Numbered from the whole stretch's first letter, positions 10,700 to 24,954 are shown. The stretch: 62,879 nt of DNA, filler included, from Octopus bimaculoides (GCF_001194135.2; 8 parts of 8 records of this genome joined end to end with filler, not necessarily neighbours in it), one strand, 5' to 3'. The notes: generated by a model not told the origin, from the sequence alone. A program made the numbers and translations.

Positions 10700-12879
10700 T
10701 ATACAATTTAGATGTAAAATAATTTTATTGAATATGTTTTCTCTTGTGGCTTAACTGTCTCCTCTCCTCCTCATTCTGAGCGGAGTGAAAGCTTAAGTCT
10801 ACATTGTAGAGACGAATGGTTCAAGAGAAGAGATTAAGTCATGTACAAAAGATCTGTAAGGTCAGAATTGGCAGTGGATTCGGTATAGGTAGGTATTCAT
10901 CAAGGCTCTTATCTGATTCTGTTGAAGAGCTGCAAGAAAGATTCTACATCTCGTAGAAAGATTTGGAATTGTTTGGTAGGTAATACTGCAAAGTTGAAAA
11001 CTAATTAATAACAGACAACACAAAATGTCAGCGCCATGCAGAAAGTGGTCTTGTTTTGTTAAAAGTGTTGATAGGGATACAGGCACAAGATCAAATTTCC
11101 AGGACCTTTTGGTTCTAAAGTCTTTCTGAATTAGTGAGGGGTGGTCAACTTGATCAACACACCCTAAATTAAATTAAATATTAAATTTATTTGAATAATT
11201 AAATGAAAAACAGGTGTTCGTACATTAGTGTAAATTAGTAAAGATTATAAGAGGTTCCAGACCATCAGTGTCTGGAAGGTTAGTGTTGTACCTGTACTAT
11301 CTACTCAGTACAAGATACAAGTGATCAAGATTTGAGATGACATATTCACAAAGAATCAAAGATTTTAACACCAGTTAACCTATGATCTTAATGGCTAGTT
11401 GACAGTCAATTGTTATATTGGTGATATGCTTAAGTGGTGGAGGTAGAAGCAGTAAGAATCTAATTGCGCTAGAATAAGGTAGAAGTAGGGGTTTATAGAG
11501 CTAGGAAGGGTTGTTTTTTTAGGGGAGGAGGCAATGCCCATGACACTTTTAATGGGTTTGCTTGACTAGTTGGAAGGAGCAAGCTGTTAAAGTAGTGACC
11601 TGGTGCTTGAATGCTTACAAAAAAAATGGATTCAGCTAAGAGCACCCAAGGTGCTAGTTGTTAATGTCAAACTGGGTCACAAATTTGTCCCATCAACCAA
11701 ATTAGTTATGGCAGGATTTGAACTTAAGCTGCAAAAAACTGAAACAAATAGAGTAAAGCATCTTGTCCAACATTCTTACAGTTCTGCAGTTCACTGTCCT
11801 GGATTGATACTTTGTAAGCCATAAAGTTTCTCTTCACAAATGCAAGTTGTATGGTAGTAAGACATGGGATGTGGGGTTTCAGTGTGTAAAGTGTGCATAG
11901 ATTTTAACCTCCAAAAGCCCTAATGGACCCCAGTTGAGAACCATTGACGGAGAGACTCCCTTATTGGTTTGGTTTAAATTTTTTAATTTTATTTGGTATG
12001 CAGTGATGAGGCCAACACTTGAAAGTGAAACATTTTAGGGACAGAGTCTATGTTGATTTAATTCTTAGTTTAATGTGAATTACTGAGAGTAATGAAATAT
12101 TAGGTTTGCTGCTAGCATCCTTCTAGCCTCCCCAACTCCTGTACCACCTTCAAACCTTTTCAATCTTTACAGATATTGCCTTCCTCCTATCTCTTTCCAC
12201 ACATATCCTTGCAAACTCCCATCCACTATTACTTGAGTTGCAACAGTGAATGACAACTACAGCTACAGCTTCTGTGTTATCTGAGGCACTTGCTCTCTCA
12301 GTTATCAAATTTTCAAACTGGACTGCCGTGATTGTCACCAACCATCTGATGTGGTCAACATTCATGAGGGATGTGGTGAACTTGTTGGTCAGTGCCAGCT
12401 CAATCCACAACAGGTGAATGCTCCCACAAGAACAAGTACTTGAGGTGCCACCTGGACACCTCATCATCACTATCACTTTGGAGGTACTACCAATTAACTT
12501 GTTCACTCTCTCCTAAATATGAGTAGCCAGGTAGCTCCTCTACAGCAAGAATCTGCAGTACCAAATTCACTTAAGGCATTGATCAGTTCATGCCTATAGC
12601 AGAAAACACTTGTCCAAGGTGCATGTGGTTGCACAGGGAGCTTATTAACCACACAGCCATTCCTACACCTATGACACACAATGCATGTATAGTTTTGATA
12701 TCATTAGGTGTTCAAATCATACTAAAATCACGCTGTTTTACTATCATGAAATTAGTGTTTTCCTGTTTAAAAAATGTTTCTTATGCTGTTTAATAATTTT
12801 TTTTTTTTCTTACAGATTAAACTGGATTGAAAAAAGAAATTTGGGCGGTGCCTCTGTGTGGAGAGACAATTTTACCAAA

Positions 12880-13102
12880 ATGACATCCAAACATATAACT
12901 CCTTTTATTACTGGCTTACGTAGCCGCAATGACGAAAGTCGACTGGCAACAGCCTACGAACTTTATCGTTATGTTAACACTGATGTTCCTGAGATGCCTT
13001 TAGATGACCAGAATGCATTCATTGATGAGATTAACCACAATGTCTTTGAGATGGTATCCAGTAGCGAAGTGCATGAAAAGAAAGGAGGAATTTTGGCTAT
13101 TG
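12880..13102 (+). CDS. MTOR: mTOR coding exon 1 (MTSKHITPFITGLRSRN...EKKGGILAI)
   Basis: Acceptor tacag ends at 12815, ATG at 12880, donor GTGAG at 13103 (phase 1). Matches the mTOR N-terminus GL.SRN...FE.VSS...E.KGGILAI. Confidence 0.93.
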
Positions 13103-14124
13103 GTGAGCAGAATTGTCTCTTTAGTGTTTTTGTCATTCTTTTTCAAAATATCCATCTTAGATACCCTTCAAAAGAATTTTATATATTTGCATGAATAATT
13201 TTGGCAGTGTTCCAGTATGGTTAGTATTAGAGTAATTCAAACTAATTTCTTTGGCATCCATGTTCTTTACGAGACCATCAGTCTGTGATGTGACAGTGGG
13301 GCATCCACTCCAGGGTGTAGACCCCGGTAAGATTGTTTACAAGTACTTAGGCAGCAGGTTTCCTCTCCTCAACAATGTTAGCTAGGGTATGGGCAAGGGC
13401 TGATGAAGTTTAGCACCAGTTCCATTCTGGCTGGATTTGCCAGAATACAAACCGCAGCACAATCTATGCACCCGTCTCCACATGTGTGCCATTTTTCACG
13501 TGAATCCACCCATCCGTTTGGCTGTGAACCTCAAGACAAGAAAGAATACAATGGTCGCCCATGTCCAATTTATATTATAGATATATAATCATCTTCATCA
13601 TGATCCTTTAACACCCATTTTCCCTGCTGGCATGGGTTGCATGGGTTGACAGCAGCTGGCCAGTGGAGGAGCTGTCTAGACTCCCATTGTTCATTGTACC
13701 ATGGTTTCTACAGCTGGATGCTCTTCTTAACACCAACCACTTTACAAAGTGTGCTTGGTTTCTTTATGTGCCACTGGCATAGGTGCATCTACATAACACT
13801 GGCACAAGTGCATTTTATGTGGCACCGGCACTTCTGAAGGACAAGCCTATATGTATGAAAGACAATGATTTAACTTAGCTTGGTGTGTCTTCTCAAGTAC
13901 AGCAAATCACCACAACTCTCGGTCCCTTGTCATTTCCTCAGTGGGGTCCAGTTTCTAAATATCCACACATGCACACGTACGCACGTAGCCTAGTGGTTAT
14001 GGTGTTCCATTCATGATCACGAAACCTGTTTTCAATTCCCAAACTGGCAACCTTATTCGAAAGCGTCAACATTGCAAGGAAGTGCATTGTTACCAACGGT
14101 ATATAGTATCTCATCTGGTTCATA

Positions 14125-14430
14125 AAGATACACACGCACACACAGGCAGACACACGCGCAGACAGACAGACTGAGACAGAGAGAGACACACACACACAGC
14201 GAAACAGAGAGGCACACAGAAATAGACACATGCACACACAGAAAGAGACACACGCACACACACATGCACAGACACAAACGCACAGACACACTCAGACAGA
14301 CTCACTCAACACAGACAGACTCACTGACTCTCTCTCGCATACACACATACTCTCTCTCTCTCTCTCTCTCGCACACACTCTCTCTCACGCACACTCTCTC
14401 TCTTTCGCACACACACACACACATATATGC
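14125..14430. repeat. Compound (AC)/(AG)/(TC) microsatellite in an MTOR intron
   Basis: Direct reading. Confidence 0.93.
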
Positions 14431-17400
14431 ATGCATCCCTTATTCTAGATTTATTCTCCACACCTTTAATTCTGTTGCAGGATTTCAATATCTCTACACT
14501 ATTAGTTCTCTTGCCAATTCTGTGAATTATGTTGGAACAGAAAAACACAAGAGAATGATAGTCTGAAAAATATATTTAAATGTTCTCTTCCCCCTCCCTC
14601 ATCTCCCCCCTCTCTCCCTCCTCCCCTCTCATTTCAACTTTCCTTTAACAATTGGAACTAAAGTACATCCATCCATACAGACATACATAACTCGTAGTCT
14701 CCTGATGACAATTATGGTTTCTCTAGACATACTTAAGAAATCTGCAATGTGCTACTGTTTCACTTTGACTGACATTTTCTGTTCAACACAAAAAAGGAAA
14801 AAAATATTTGCCCAAAATAGAATGACATGGCATTTTGTGTGAGCAAACTTTCTTTTCTTTTTCAGTCTATTGGACTGAGATAGCATTTGAACACTATTGT
14901 GTAATGTTTGAATTATTAATTTTTATGGTTTATAGATTTGACCTTTTAAATGTAGGACTTAGATTCACTTCAAATGAGTTAGATTCTTTCAACCACTGAC
15001 TTTTTCTCTAAAGATATTGGCTTTATTGATAGGAAAAACAAAAAGGCTGTGGAGGACATTATTATCTCATTGTATGCAGGCTTCCAAGTTAATATTACAT
15101 AACATTTTAATGTCCACTTTTCTATGCCTGCATGGGTCAGGCAGAATTTGTTCAAATTTTCTACAGTCTGTAGCTCTTTTTCATGCCAACCCTCATCTAT
15201 TGACAAGCCAGTTAATATTTTTGCATAGCCAGACATGTGTTGATGGAAGATTGGAAATGAAGGTTACTATTTGTAAGATGATAACACTCCTTGTGACTAT
15301 CATATGATGTTAAGAGAAGGAGACACACACACACATCGACCTACCAGCCAACTCGCTCCTATCGCAAAGCCTTGGTCGATCTAAGGCTATAATAGAAGTC
15401 ATTCGCCTGCCATGTGGTCGGGAAACCAACTTCTGACCCCACCCCCCGTAGCCAAGTCTGTCTAACCAAAATCACAACGTGTGCAGGAACAAGATAAGGC
15501 TTAAGCAGTTCATTTTTCCAATCTTGAGATCTTGGGATCAATTCCACTGGTTTTAACTGGTTGTTAAGTGGTGGCGGGGGACACAAGCATATTCATATGT
15601 ACATACATATATAAATATATGATGGGCTTCTTTCAGTTTCCATCTACCAAATCCACTCACAAGGCTTTGATCAACCTAGGGCTGTCCAAGGTGCCATGCA
15701 GTGGAACTGAACCCAAAACCATGTTATTGGGAAGCAACCAAAATTTGAAACAATTAACAGAGGTGTGTGTTGTAGGGGGATCAGCAGTGTTGATCAGACT
15801 TGTTGGAATCACATAAATGAAAGTGATGTGAAATGTGGTGATAAACAGTGTCCAAAGTCCTCAGCATTGTGTGTAAACTGTGGCTGTGATGTTTAAATCG
15901 TAATAAAACAGTGGTCATAATGTTGAACATTCAGAAAGTATGTTTTCAAGCTGATTGACACAAGTGACAGTCTAGTCTGTTTTTGTTATTGACTCAAAGT
16001 ATCAGTCCTACAAATTGTGTTGTGCATAGACTGCACAGTGTGATGAATGGATCAGTCGTTCAATGATAAGGATTTGGTCAAGCAAATCTTCATGTCAAAG
16101 TGACTGAGCAATCCACACACATCTTTTATTTGTTTCCATCATTGGACTGTGGCCATGCTGAAGGGTTTAGTCGAACAAATTGACCCCAGTGCTTATTTTA
16201 AGCCTGGTACTAATTCTATTGTTCTCTTTTGCTGAACTGCTAAGTTACAAGGATATAAACAAACCAACACCAGTTGTCAAGTGACGTGGTGGGGGGCAAA
16301 CATACATAATTGTGTGTGTGTATAGGAGAGGCTGTCATTTTCCATCTACCCAATTCACTAATGAGACATTGGTCAGCCTCAGCCTGGGACTATAATAGAA
16401 AGTGCTTGCCCAAGGTGCCACACAGTGGGACTGAACCTGAAACGATGTGGCTGCAAAGCTTCTTAACCCCACAGTCATGTGTACTCTTACAATCAGCATG
16501 GCATAGTGTGGGACAGTGCTATACCTTTTGAATTTCAGGTACTGTCACTCAATAGGCTTCTTTACAGTTTCTTTCAACCCAGTTTCCTATAGCCAAAGCT
16601 ATAGGAAATGACATTTTCCCAAAATACAACACAATGGGAGCAAACTTGGGTCTGTGTGCTGGTAACTGCACCTACAATGCATAATGTGTCTGGCTACTAA
16701 TAAATTTATAGAGAAGTATTACAGCTTCATAAATATGAAACTGTTGGTGCATTGTATGTCACAGGAAAGATAACCTCATAGTGATATCGGCTACTTCAGA
16801 GACAGTTTGTAAAGAAACTGTAAGAGACTGCATACAGTTTGTTTTATAATATTGTACTGGATGAATTAAAGAATGGTCAACATACAAACTTTGTCACTAT
16901 CTTTCCAAATCCTGCTGCAGTTCACATGAAGTTTTTGGTTCTTCAAAGTCATTTTGGTTTGAAAAATTCAACTTGTATGCAAGAAAATAGAGTAAATTTT
17001 TTTTTAATTAATTTAGCTTAAGTGTTAGATTGATTAAATGTTATAATTTGTTGAACATAGTTTCTTTAACCAAGTTTTCTCTCAACTTTTCTTTTCATGT
17101 GCCATGTCCTCAGGTATCAGTAATAATAGACTTCCATGCCAAAGTCTGAAGATTCATGATTTTTCTTGGAAAAGATACATGAATGTTTTCTTATAGCCTT
17201 CTTTCAGTCTATTTATAATTTACTCTGCTAGTCTCTTGTTCCCCTAAGCTAACCCTTGAGGTTCAAGACCTAAACCTTAGACAGGGGGACAGGTTCATGT
17301 GACATCAGGACAATACTCTCACTAGTGGGCCTGTGTGACACATGTCTGAAAGTTAGTCCTAAGTGCTGTATGGTTTAACCACAGGATCTTTATGCGATTT

Positions 17401-18331
17401 GACTCGTAGCTGGTGTCCTTGGCAGGTCGCAGCGCCTCTTATCAAAATGCCCTTGGGAGTAGTGGTGACAAAGGGGCTATTCTGGCCTCCCTGAAACTCG
17501 TAAGCTGGAGCCTCATCACTAAATACTGTTTAATGTCCCTTAATCCCTCAGCTTAAAGTACTAATGGGGGTGGGTGGGTAAGACAGATTTATGGAATTCA
17601 GCTGCAGAGATTTCTAAGTAGAACAGACAGAAAACTGTATGCCTAAAGATTGTTGGAATGTTATACTAGGCGTTAATGTTTACAATATTTGGCTAACATT
17701 TTTATTGGCCTCTCTCTCTCTCTTTCTGTCATCTTTAAATGCCACTCAGTGTCTAAGATTACTGTGTGCAGACAGTACATGTGTATATGATTAAATTGTA
17801 TTTTTAATAAAATTCTATTATTTACTGAATATAGACGTGGAATGCTGTATATTTCTCCCCGAAATAGCCAGCTACTTCAAAGCACATAACTATTTTCACG
17901 TGACATCATTACACATGGCATATTTTATGAAAGTTACTGAAATGCAATTGTGTTTATTGGTTTAACCATTCAACATTCAGATTACTGTGTCAAACATAAT
18001 GCTTATTTATTCATGTTGTTTTCAATTAACCGTGTATATATATATAATGTATATATGTATGTCTTTCTATCTGTCAGTCACCCACAACTATTTGACATGT
18101 GGTCTTTGGTTTGTTTATGTCCCCTGTAACTTAATGGTTTGGCAAAAGAGATTAAGAGACTAAATACCAGGCTTCAAAAACAAAAGTTCTGGGGTTGGTT
18201 CATTCTATTAAAATTTCTTCAAGGCAGAGCCCTAGCATAGCTACGTTCTAATGGCTGAAGCAAGAAAAAGATGAAAGATTTAACTGATTTGTTATCAATT
18301 AATAACGATGTAATTTGTCTTTATTTTACAG

Positions 18332-18567
18332 CCACCCTAGTTGGTGTTGATATTGGAAATGCAGCTACAAAAATTAGCCGTTTCGCTAATTACTTGAGAA
18401 ACCTTGTTCCATCCAGTGATGTTGGCTTGATGGAAATGACAGCTAAAGGGATGGGCATATTAGCTCTGTCTGCTGGTAACCACGCTGCTGAGTATGTGGA
18501 CTTTGAGACCAAGAGATCTCTGGAACTTTTAGCTGGTGAAAGACATGAAGGCCAACGTTATTCAGCA
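18332..18567 (+). CDS. MTOR: mTOR coding exon 2 (ATLVGVDIGNAATKISRFANYLRNL...EGQRYSA)
   Basis: ttttacag acceptor and GTAAGT donor; phase matches the previous exon; RFANYLRNL motif. Confidence 0.96.
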
Positions 18568-19382
18568 GTAAGTAAACACACATACAATGGCATATACCCT
18601 TGATAATAAATTAGCCTAAATGGTGTCTGCCTGCATGAAGAATGGTGTGTATTTGCAACTGAAGAGCGGCATTATTGATTCCAGGTTTTTGTTTGCAACA
18701 GTTATAAACTTGGTACAAAACATGTAACTGTTTTGAAACTGGAACGATGTACTACAAAATTGAACCACTATGACAAGATTCATCTTAGTAACATTTGTTT
18801 TTATATTAAGATTTATATCTTATCTTTGTACAAAGAATTACTATTAATTTTAATGTAATTTTGTTTAAAATTGTTTGACATTTTTTTTTATCATGTTGGC
18901 CAGAGAAGCACTTCAAAAAAAAAAGAAAGACAATGTTCTTCCTATTTCTCTCCACATAACTGCAAGTATTACAGGCTATTGTCAGCCAAGCTGTTTGATG
19001 CATATCATTATAGAGCTTGCTGACTGGTTGTTGTCAAGGCCTGAACTCATGGCCTGTGGTCAAAATAATTGAACGTGTTGTTTATTGTGAGAAAATATAT
19101 AATTTTATCACCAATATGGGTTAGATCCTATCTTTTCAAGGAAAATGGATTAAACATAGAAGAACTGGGCAATTTATGGGTTATTGTTTTTTGATTTTTT
19201 AACATAAGTAACCCACAAACACTGTTAATGTCACTTAAGCATTTATTATTTGGTGCAATGGAATTATGTCAGTGACCAGGTTGCTGTTGATATGATACAA
19301 AACTTTTTTTTATATCTTTTGTTTCTCTCTTGAAATTGTTGTAAATTAAGGAATCCTTCATTTGTTTCTTTCCTTCCCAAAG

Positions 19383-19484
19383 GTCCTTATTCTGAAGGAG
19401 TTGGCTACTTTTACCCCAACATTCTTTTTTCAACAAGTTCCACAGTTTTTTGAAAATATCTTCAATGCTGTTAGAGATCCCAAG
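19383..19484 (+). CDS. MTOR: mTOR coding exon 3 (VLILKELATFTPTFFFQQV...RDPK)
   Basis: AG acceptor and GTAAGT donor; 102 nt; PTFFFQQV motif. Not in the ORF track; read manually. Confidence 0.95.
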
Positions 19485-20583
19485 GTAAGTTGTTGTTAAG
19501 TCTAATTGTCTACTGTTACTTTTTTTACAGTTTTCCTTCATTGAACCCTTGTCCCTGCTGGAGCATTGCTTTCACCACTCCAACCAATTATTTCAATCTC
19601 AGTACATAAAGGTACTTCTTTTATTGAATGGATTTTAGAACAACCACAAAGCTGATTTTGGTAGGATTTGAAGTCAGAATGTAAAGAGAATTAACCAAAT
19701 CCCAGAATATCATGACTCATTCTCTACCAAACCTTCATATTTCTTTCTTTTTATTGTTTCTTTTTTTAATTCTAGAAATTACCTGTTTATACATAACACT
19801 TTAAGTAAAAGCAAAGTAAATATCTTTAATTTCAACCCTTTTGTTACTGTATTTCTAACCAAAATACACCTTGTGTTTCTCAATAAAATTCTAAAATAAT
19901 CTTGAATTTTGATTGGTTTCAAAGCAGAAGTGTTTTTTATTGTGATTTTTGGAACACGCTTTAACAAAAGGTTCTCAACCAAATGTGTTTAATAATTTTT
20001 GTCTCATTTAATGTGTAATGTAGCTGTTGGTGTGGCTGTGTGGTAAGAAGTTTGCTTCCCAACCACATGGTTTCAGGTTCAAGCCTACTGCATGGCACAT
20101 TGAGCAAGTGTCTTCTACTATAGCCCCTGGCTAACCAAAACTTGGGAATGGATTTGACAGCACGCTCTGTAAAGTGGTTGGTATTAAGAAAGGCATCCAG
20201 TCATAGAAACCATGCCAAAATACACAGAAGAGCTTGGTGTAGTCCTCTGGCTAAGTAGCTCCTGTCAAACTGTTCAACCCATGCCAGCATGGAAAGCAAA
20301 CATTAATAATGATGATGATGACAACGATATATATACTTATATGTAAGTGTGTATTTGTGTCCCTTATCTTGACACTGTGGTGAGAGTTGGAAATGATTGC
20401 TACTGTCATACAAGTAGTGTTGCTCATTTCCAATACATTTTGGAGTTGGCTTTTGAGGGTTGGCAACAGGAAGTGCATCCAGTTAGAGAAAATTTGCCTC
20501 AGTAAACTCCATCTGACTTATGCAAGCATGGATTGTTAATTTATTATAATTTATCCTAATAAATCTCTCTTGTGCTGTTCCAG

Positions 20584-20682
20584 CCTGCTGTCAGAGAAGC
20601 TGCCGTAGCTGCATTACGGGCAACACTTGCTGTTACATCACAACGAGAGACGAAAAGAGATCACAGTGAAGACTGGTACAAA
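20584..20682 (+). CDS. MTOR: mTOR coding exon 4 (PAVREAAVAALRA...DWYK)
   Basis: ttccag acceptor and GTCAGT donor; 99 nt. Confidence 0.93.
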
Positions 20683-21169
20683 GTCAGTAAACCTTTTCTT
20701 TCCTCCTTTTTCTCCTTTAATTCTTTCTTCCTTTCTTCCTTTCCTGTTTTCTTCAATGCTTTTATTCATGTAATTCCCTTTTGTTCCTTTCTTTACCTTT
20801 TGTTAACTTTTCTAAGTTTCTCTCAATTTGTTCTTCTATTTCCCAAGCTCATGTTTAGATGTTTATTAGAGCATTTTTTGTTTTATGGTCTTGTATCTCT
20901 TCATTTAACCTGCTTCTGGTGGGGTCTACTCTGATTCAGAGTAGTAACACCTCTCCAATAGGCCTACATTGTATATTAGTTCAATAACTAATATTTTCAT
21001 TATTAAGCTACTGTTTAGACTGTAACTTAGATTATGTTGGAAGGTCTTGATTTGGGAAAGTTTAAAATGCAAGGTACTATCAGGTAGGTTCTTATAGAAA
21101 AGGTTTTAATTTGTTTATTGCAGAAATTGTTGTGAACTGATTTTAGTTTATTTTATTAATATTTGTTAG

Positions 21170-21304
21170 ACTTGTCTAGAAGAAGCCTTGAGGCCATACA
21201 GTGATGCTCTTGCTAAAGAAAAACGTCTCAACAAGGATGATTGGCTGCATGGATCTTTACTGATAATCAATGAACTTCTACGATGCAGTAACATGGAAGG
21301 AGAG
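21170..21304 (+). CDS. MTOR: mTOR coding exon 5 (TCLEEA...LHGSLLIINELLRCSNMEGE)
   Basis: ttgttag acceptor and GTGGGT donor; 135 nt; HG.LLI.NEL motif. Confidence 0.94.
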
Positions 21305-21324
21305 GTGGGTTCCCCCCTTCTTTT

Positions 21325-21361
<37 letters not shown>

Positions 21362-21495
21362 AGTGTTAGTATGTTTTCTCTGCTAGAACAAAATAGCTGG
21401 CAAAAATCAGTAAAGCATGGAACTAAATGTGGTATTTAGTAACATCCTTTCACATATTAACATTCTGAGTTGTAATCCCACCAAGGTCCAAAATA

Positions 21496-21858
21496 ATACA
21501 CCATTCCGAGCGTGGCCGTTAACCGTTACCAACGTCGCCTCCCTGGCACGTGAAAAGACATTCGAGCGAGATCCTTGCCAGTGCCGATGGGCTGGCTCCT
21601 GTGCAAGTGGCACGTAAAACACACCATTTCGAGCGTGGCTGTCGCCAGTTCCGCCTGACTGGCCCTCATGCCGGTGGCACGTAAAACGCCCACTACACTC
21701 TCAGAGTGGTTGGCGTTAGGAAGGGCATCCAGCTGTAGAAACTCTGCCAAATCAGATTGGAGCCTAGTGTAGCCATCTGGTTCACCAGTCCTCAGTCAAA
21801 GCGTCCAACCCATGCTAGCATAGAAAGCGGACGTTAAACGACGATGATGATGATGATG
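21496..21858 (+). mobile_element. Repeat family B: RTE-tail-like SINE or LINE 3' end terminating in (GAT)n
   Basis: GTTAGGAAGGGCATCCAGCTGTAGAAACTCTGCC ... GGACGTTAAACGACGATGATGAT. Older copies near 13590-13830, 20165-20315, 26690-26820, 27650-27810, 29080-29240, 31790-31990, 34824-34920 and 61075-61260. Confidence 0.8.
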
Positions 21859-22508
21859 TTTAATGTTCAATGAAACATGCTGGGGGAGTCAATATGATAA
21901 ATTGTTTCATAGAAGGCAATGCTCCAGCATGGCAACAGTTCAATATCTGAAAACAGTAACAGAATAAAAAGCATGTTATGCATCCATAACGAAGGACCAA
22001 GATACCTGATGCTTTGAAGACCCATCCTCCTCCGCAGCAGAAGTGTTAAGGCCGCATCCCCTGGTGATGAGGATTGGCCTGCAAGAACCCTGTGCTGGTG
22101 CCTCATAAAAAAGTACTCCTGGCACGTAAAGACGCTTGTGCTGGGGCCATGTTAAAAGTACCCAACACACTGTAAAGTGGTTGGCATTAGGAAAGGCTCA
22201 ATCTGGCCAGTTTGAATATAAAACTGAATGTTAGTGCCAGTTTAAATGGCATAGGGTTAATGAACTGAAATAGCTCAGCTGTGAGTCTACAATGATTGAA
22301 ATAGTGGTAGTTGAACTCAGCTGTGAACCATCTAATTATAAGGAATTGAAAAGAGTTACAGCAGGGATTGTCCCATAAACCTTCTATTCTTTACTTCTAA
22401 CCTATTATTGATTAGTTTAATTAAATTTAAGAGTTGAAAATACTGAATAATACTTTTTTTTTTTTTTGTTGATTTGTTTTATATTATTTTGTTTTTCAAT
22501 TTCTTCAG

Positions 22509-22571
22509 CGCCTTCGTGTTGAAATGGAGGACTTGGCCATTCAGCAAAACACGTTTGAGAAAGCAGTGAAG
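22509..22571 (+). CDS. MTOR: mTOR coding exon 6 (RLRVEMEDLAIQQNTFEKAVK)
   Basis: ttcttcag acceptor and GTGAGT donor; 63 nt; RLR.EME motif. Confidence 0.9.
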
Positions 22572-23375
22572 GTGAGTAGGCTTTATACTCATTATGATTA
22601 TCCATTTTCTTCACCTTTCTCTACTCCTTTTTATTTAGTTTTTTTTTCCTTTATTTCCTTCTCAATATTAAAAGATATGAAAAGTAAGAAAAAGGGGTTT
22701 CAAAAATGTAAATCTTATATTTTCCAATAATTACATTTTGTATTAATGTTTGTGAGCCTATAGCAAGACATCCATACTCCAACACAAAGGGAGTCTAAAT
22801 TGGACAACATGTTTTATAGGTTATTATATAATAATAGTAATAATAATAATTATTATAATACTATTATTAAAAGAGTTGTTTCCTCTGTGTACAGCAAGAT
22901 TTGCGTATTTATTCATATGTTCCAGCAGATTTGAATGCAGATATGCTAGTCACTGTTGTGTATGTCACAGCAGCACAACTTCATTTTACAATGGCAATGT
23001 GCTCATAACACACTCCACTCATTGGTGCAAGGATTCTTCAACACCAGTCAGAAGCATCCTTGGTCCTTTCAAGCCAATGGCTTTGTTTATGATTTCAGTG
23101 AACAAGCTGGTTGCTGCTCAGTGCTGATACCTGCCAACTGATAAACAAGCGTTCTTTGTATATTTATTCTTAATATATTATTCTACTTGTAGCAGAGTAC
23201 AAAATATGCACATTTTCTCTTCCTCACCCTTTCCTCTTCAAATAGCTTTCCACAACCTATTGAGGGAGATTGTTTCTATGTTTGTTTCCAATTCAATTTA
23301 AAAATAAAGTTTGTTTGTTTTTTTTTTTTTTTTTTTTTACCTTATTTGAAATGTCTTTAAAAATTTTCTTTTCAG

Positions 23376-23543
23376 GAATTCTCTCCACGCCGCAGATCCC
23401 CTGCCAACACCAGTGGCTTCCAACAACTACATCAAAAGTCTCCTTTAATAGTCTTCGATGCATCACATGCATCAGCACCTCAGAAAAGAGGTCTCTTTGA
23501 AAGTAGAGTTTGCAAAGAGCTAATGACCAAAAACTATGACAAG
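23376..23543 (+). CDS. MTOR: mTOR coding exon 7 (EFSPRRRSP...FESRVCKELMTKNYDK)
   Basis: ttttcag acceptor and GTTTCT donor; 168 nt, open in phase 0; ESR.C..LM....D motif at the 3' end. Confidence 0.88.
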
Positions 23544-23950
23544 GTTTCTACAATCTTTTTTACAATTCTATTCATTCCTTTTTTAATAATTTTATTTTCT
23601 TCTATGTAATGGAGTATTGTTTATAATTCAGTAAAGTCTCTATCCATCAAATCCACTCACAAGGCTCTAGTCAGCCCCAGGCTTGAAGAAGACACTCAGT
23701 GTTATTCAGTAGGATTGAACCCCAAGTCTTGTGACTAGCAATCAAACTTCTTAACCACTCATCCATTTCTCTGCCAGTCTGTGGTTGATAATGTGCTAAG
23801 ATACTGGAGTAGGTTATAGGATATGGGCAGTCAGTTAAATTATTTATACATCCTGCCTAAAACAATAAAGACAAAAACACATCTTGTATTAAAATTGACC
23901 TTGTCAATGAAAATAGTTGTTGAAGAGAGCACATATGATCTTTATTACAG

Positions 23951-24066
23951 GTAGCTAACTTGGTTCATCAACTTTACCAAGGAAATCGTAGCAGCTATGT
24001 ACAACAAGTCATGCTGAAAGCCATTCCTAGGTTGGCAGCTTTTGATCCAGAGTTGTTTTCCAGAAC
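23951..24066 (+). CDS. MTOR: mTOR coding exon 8 (VANLVHQ...IPRLAAFDPELFSR)
   Basis: ttacag acceptor and GTAAGT donor; PRLAAF motif; ends in phase 2. Confidence 0.94.
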
Positions 24067-24729
24067 GTAAGTGCACCTTAACACTGTGTGTGTGTATACT
24101 CTTAATCCAAAATTTCATCGATTTGTAATGAAATCAAAATCTTAACTACATTCATGGTTTTTTTTTCTTTATTATTATTATTAAAACAAAATTTTAAAAG
24201 AATGGGCTTAACCCTTTAACACTTAAACTGGTCGTATTTGGCTAACATTTTCTACTTGTTTCATGTTAAAACTGGCCAGATCCAACTTCTTGCACGTACC
24301 CTGCAATGTCATTCTAAAAACAGTCGCATCATTGAAATTTCAAAGCTATGAGATGATGCATGATTAATTCTAAACAATGTGAATAAATAAATAAGCATTA
24401 CATTTAACAGAATAATCTGGATACTGAAAGTTTAAATTTATATTCTTTTAATTTTAAAATAAATTTACAGTTGATGTTGTGCAACACCTGTGACTTTATT
24501 CAACTCTGGAGACTTCAGTTTTTAAGGGAACATTCCATTGAGCTGTTCAATGGTGACATTTTAGCATAATTAAAATATTCATTATGGTCATAAAAGTGGT
24601 GGTGGCAGCACTGGTTGTTTTTGTTAGAGTTCTGAGTTTTGTTTTTCCATCAATAAGATGGAATGTTAAATGATGATAATGGTTAAAAATATTTAGAAAC
24701 TGTGAGGTTTTTCTGTTTTTTTTCTCCAG

Positions 24730-24909
24730 GTACCTTCGAGACACCATCGTATACTTGCTTAATGCTTTGCGGCGTGATAAAGAAAGGGCTGCAGCATTCC
24801 AAGCAGTGGGTCTCCTGGCAGTTGCTGTGAAGGATAACATCTTCAGCTTTTGCAATCGGATCATGGAGTTTGTGAGAAGTGCTCTACCACCCAAGGATTT
24901 ACCACAAAA
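24730..24909 (+). CDS. MTOR: mTOR coding exon 9 (YLRDTI...KERAAAFQAVGLLAVAV...ALPPKDLPQ)
   Basis: ctccag acceptor and GTAAAT donor; 180 nt; AAFQA.GLL and ALPPKD motifs. Confidence 0.95.
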
Positions 24910-24954
24910 GTAAATAAAAACCACTTTTCATTTTAAGTCTCTTTTTGTTTTGGA

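Noticed and set aside
12150-12506. 118-aa minus-strand ORF in the MTOR 5' intron
   Set aside because: Non-ATG start, no recognisable motif and no splice signals; probably an old repeat.
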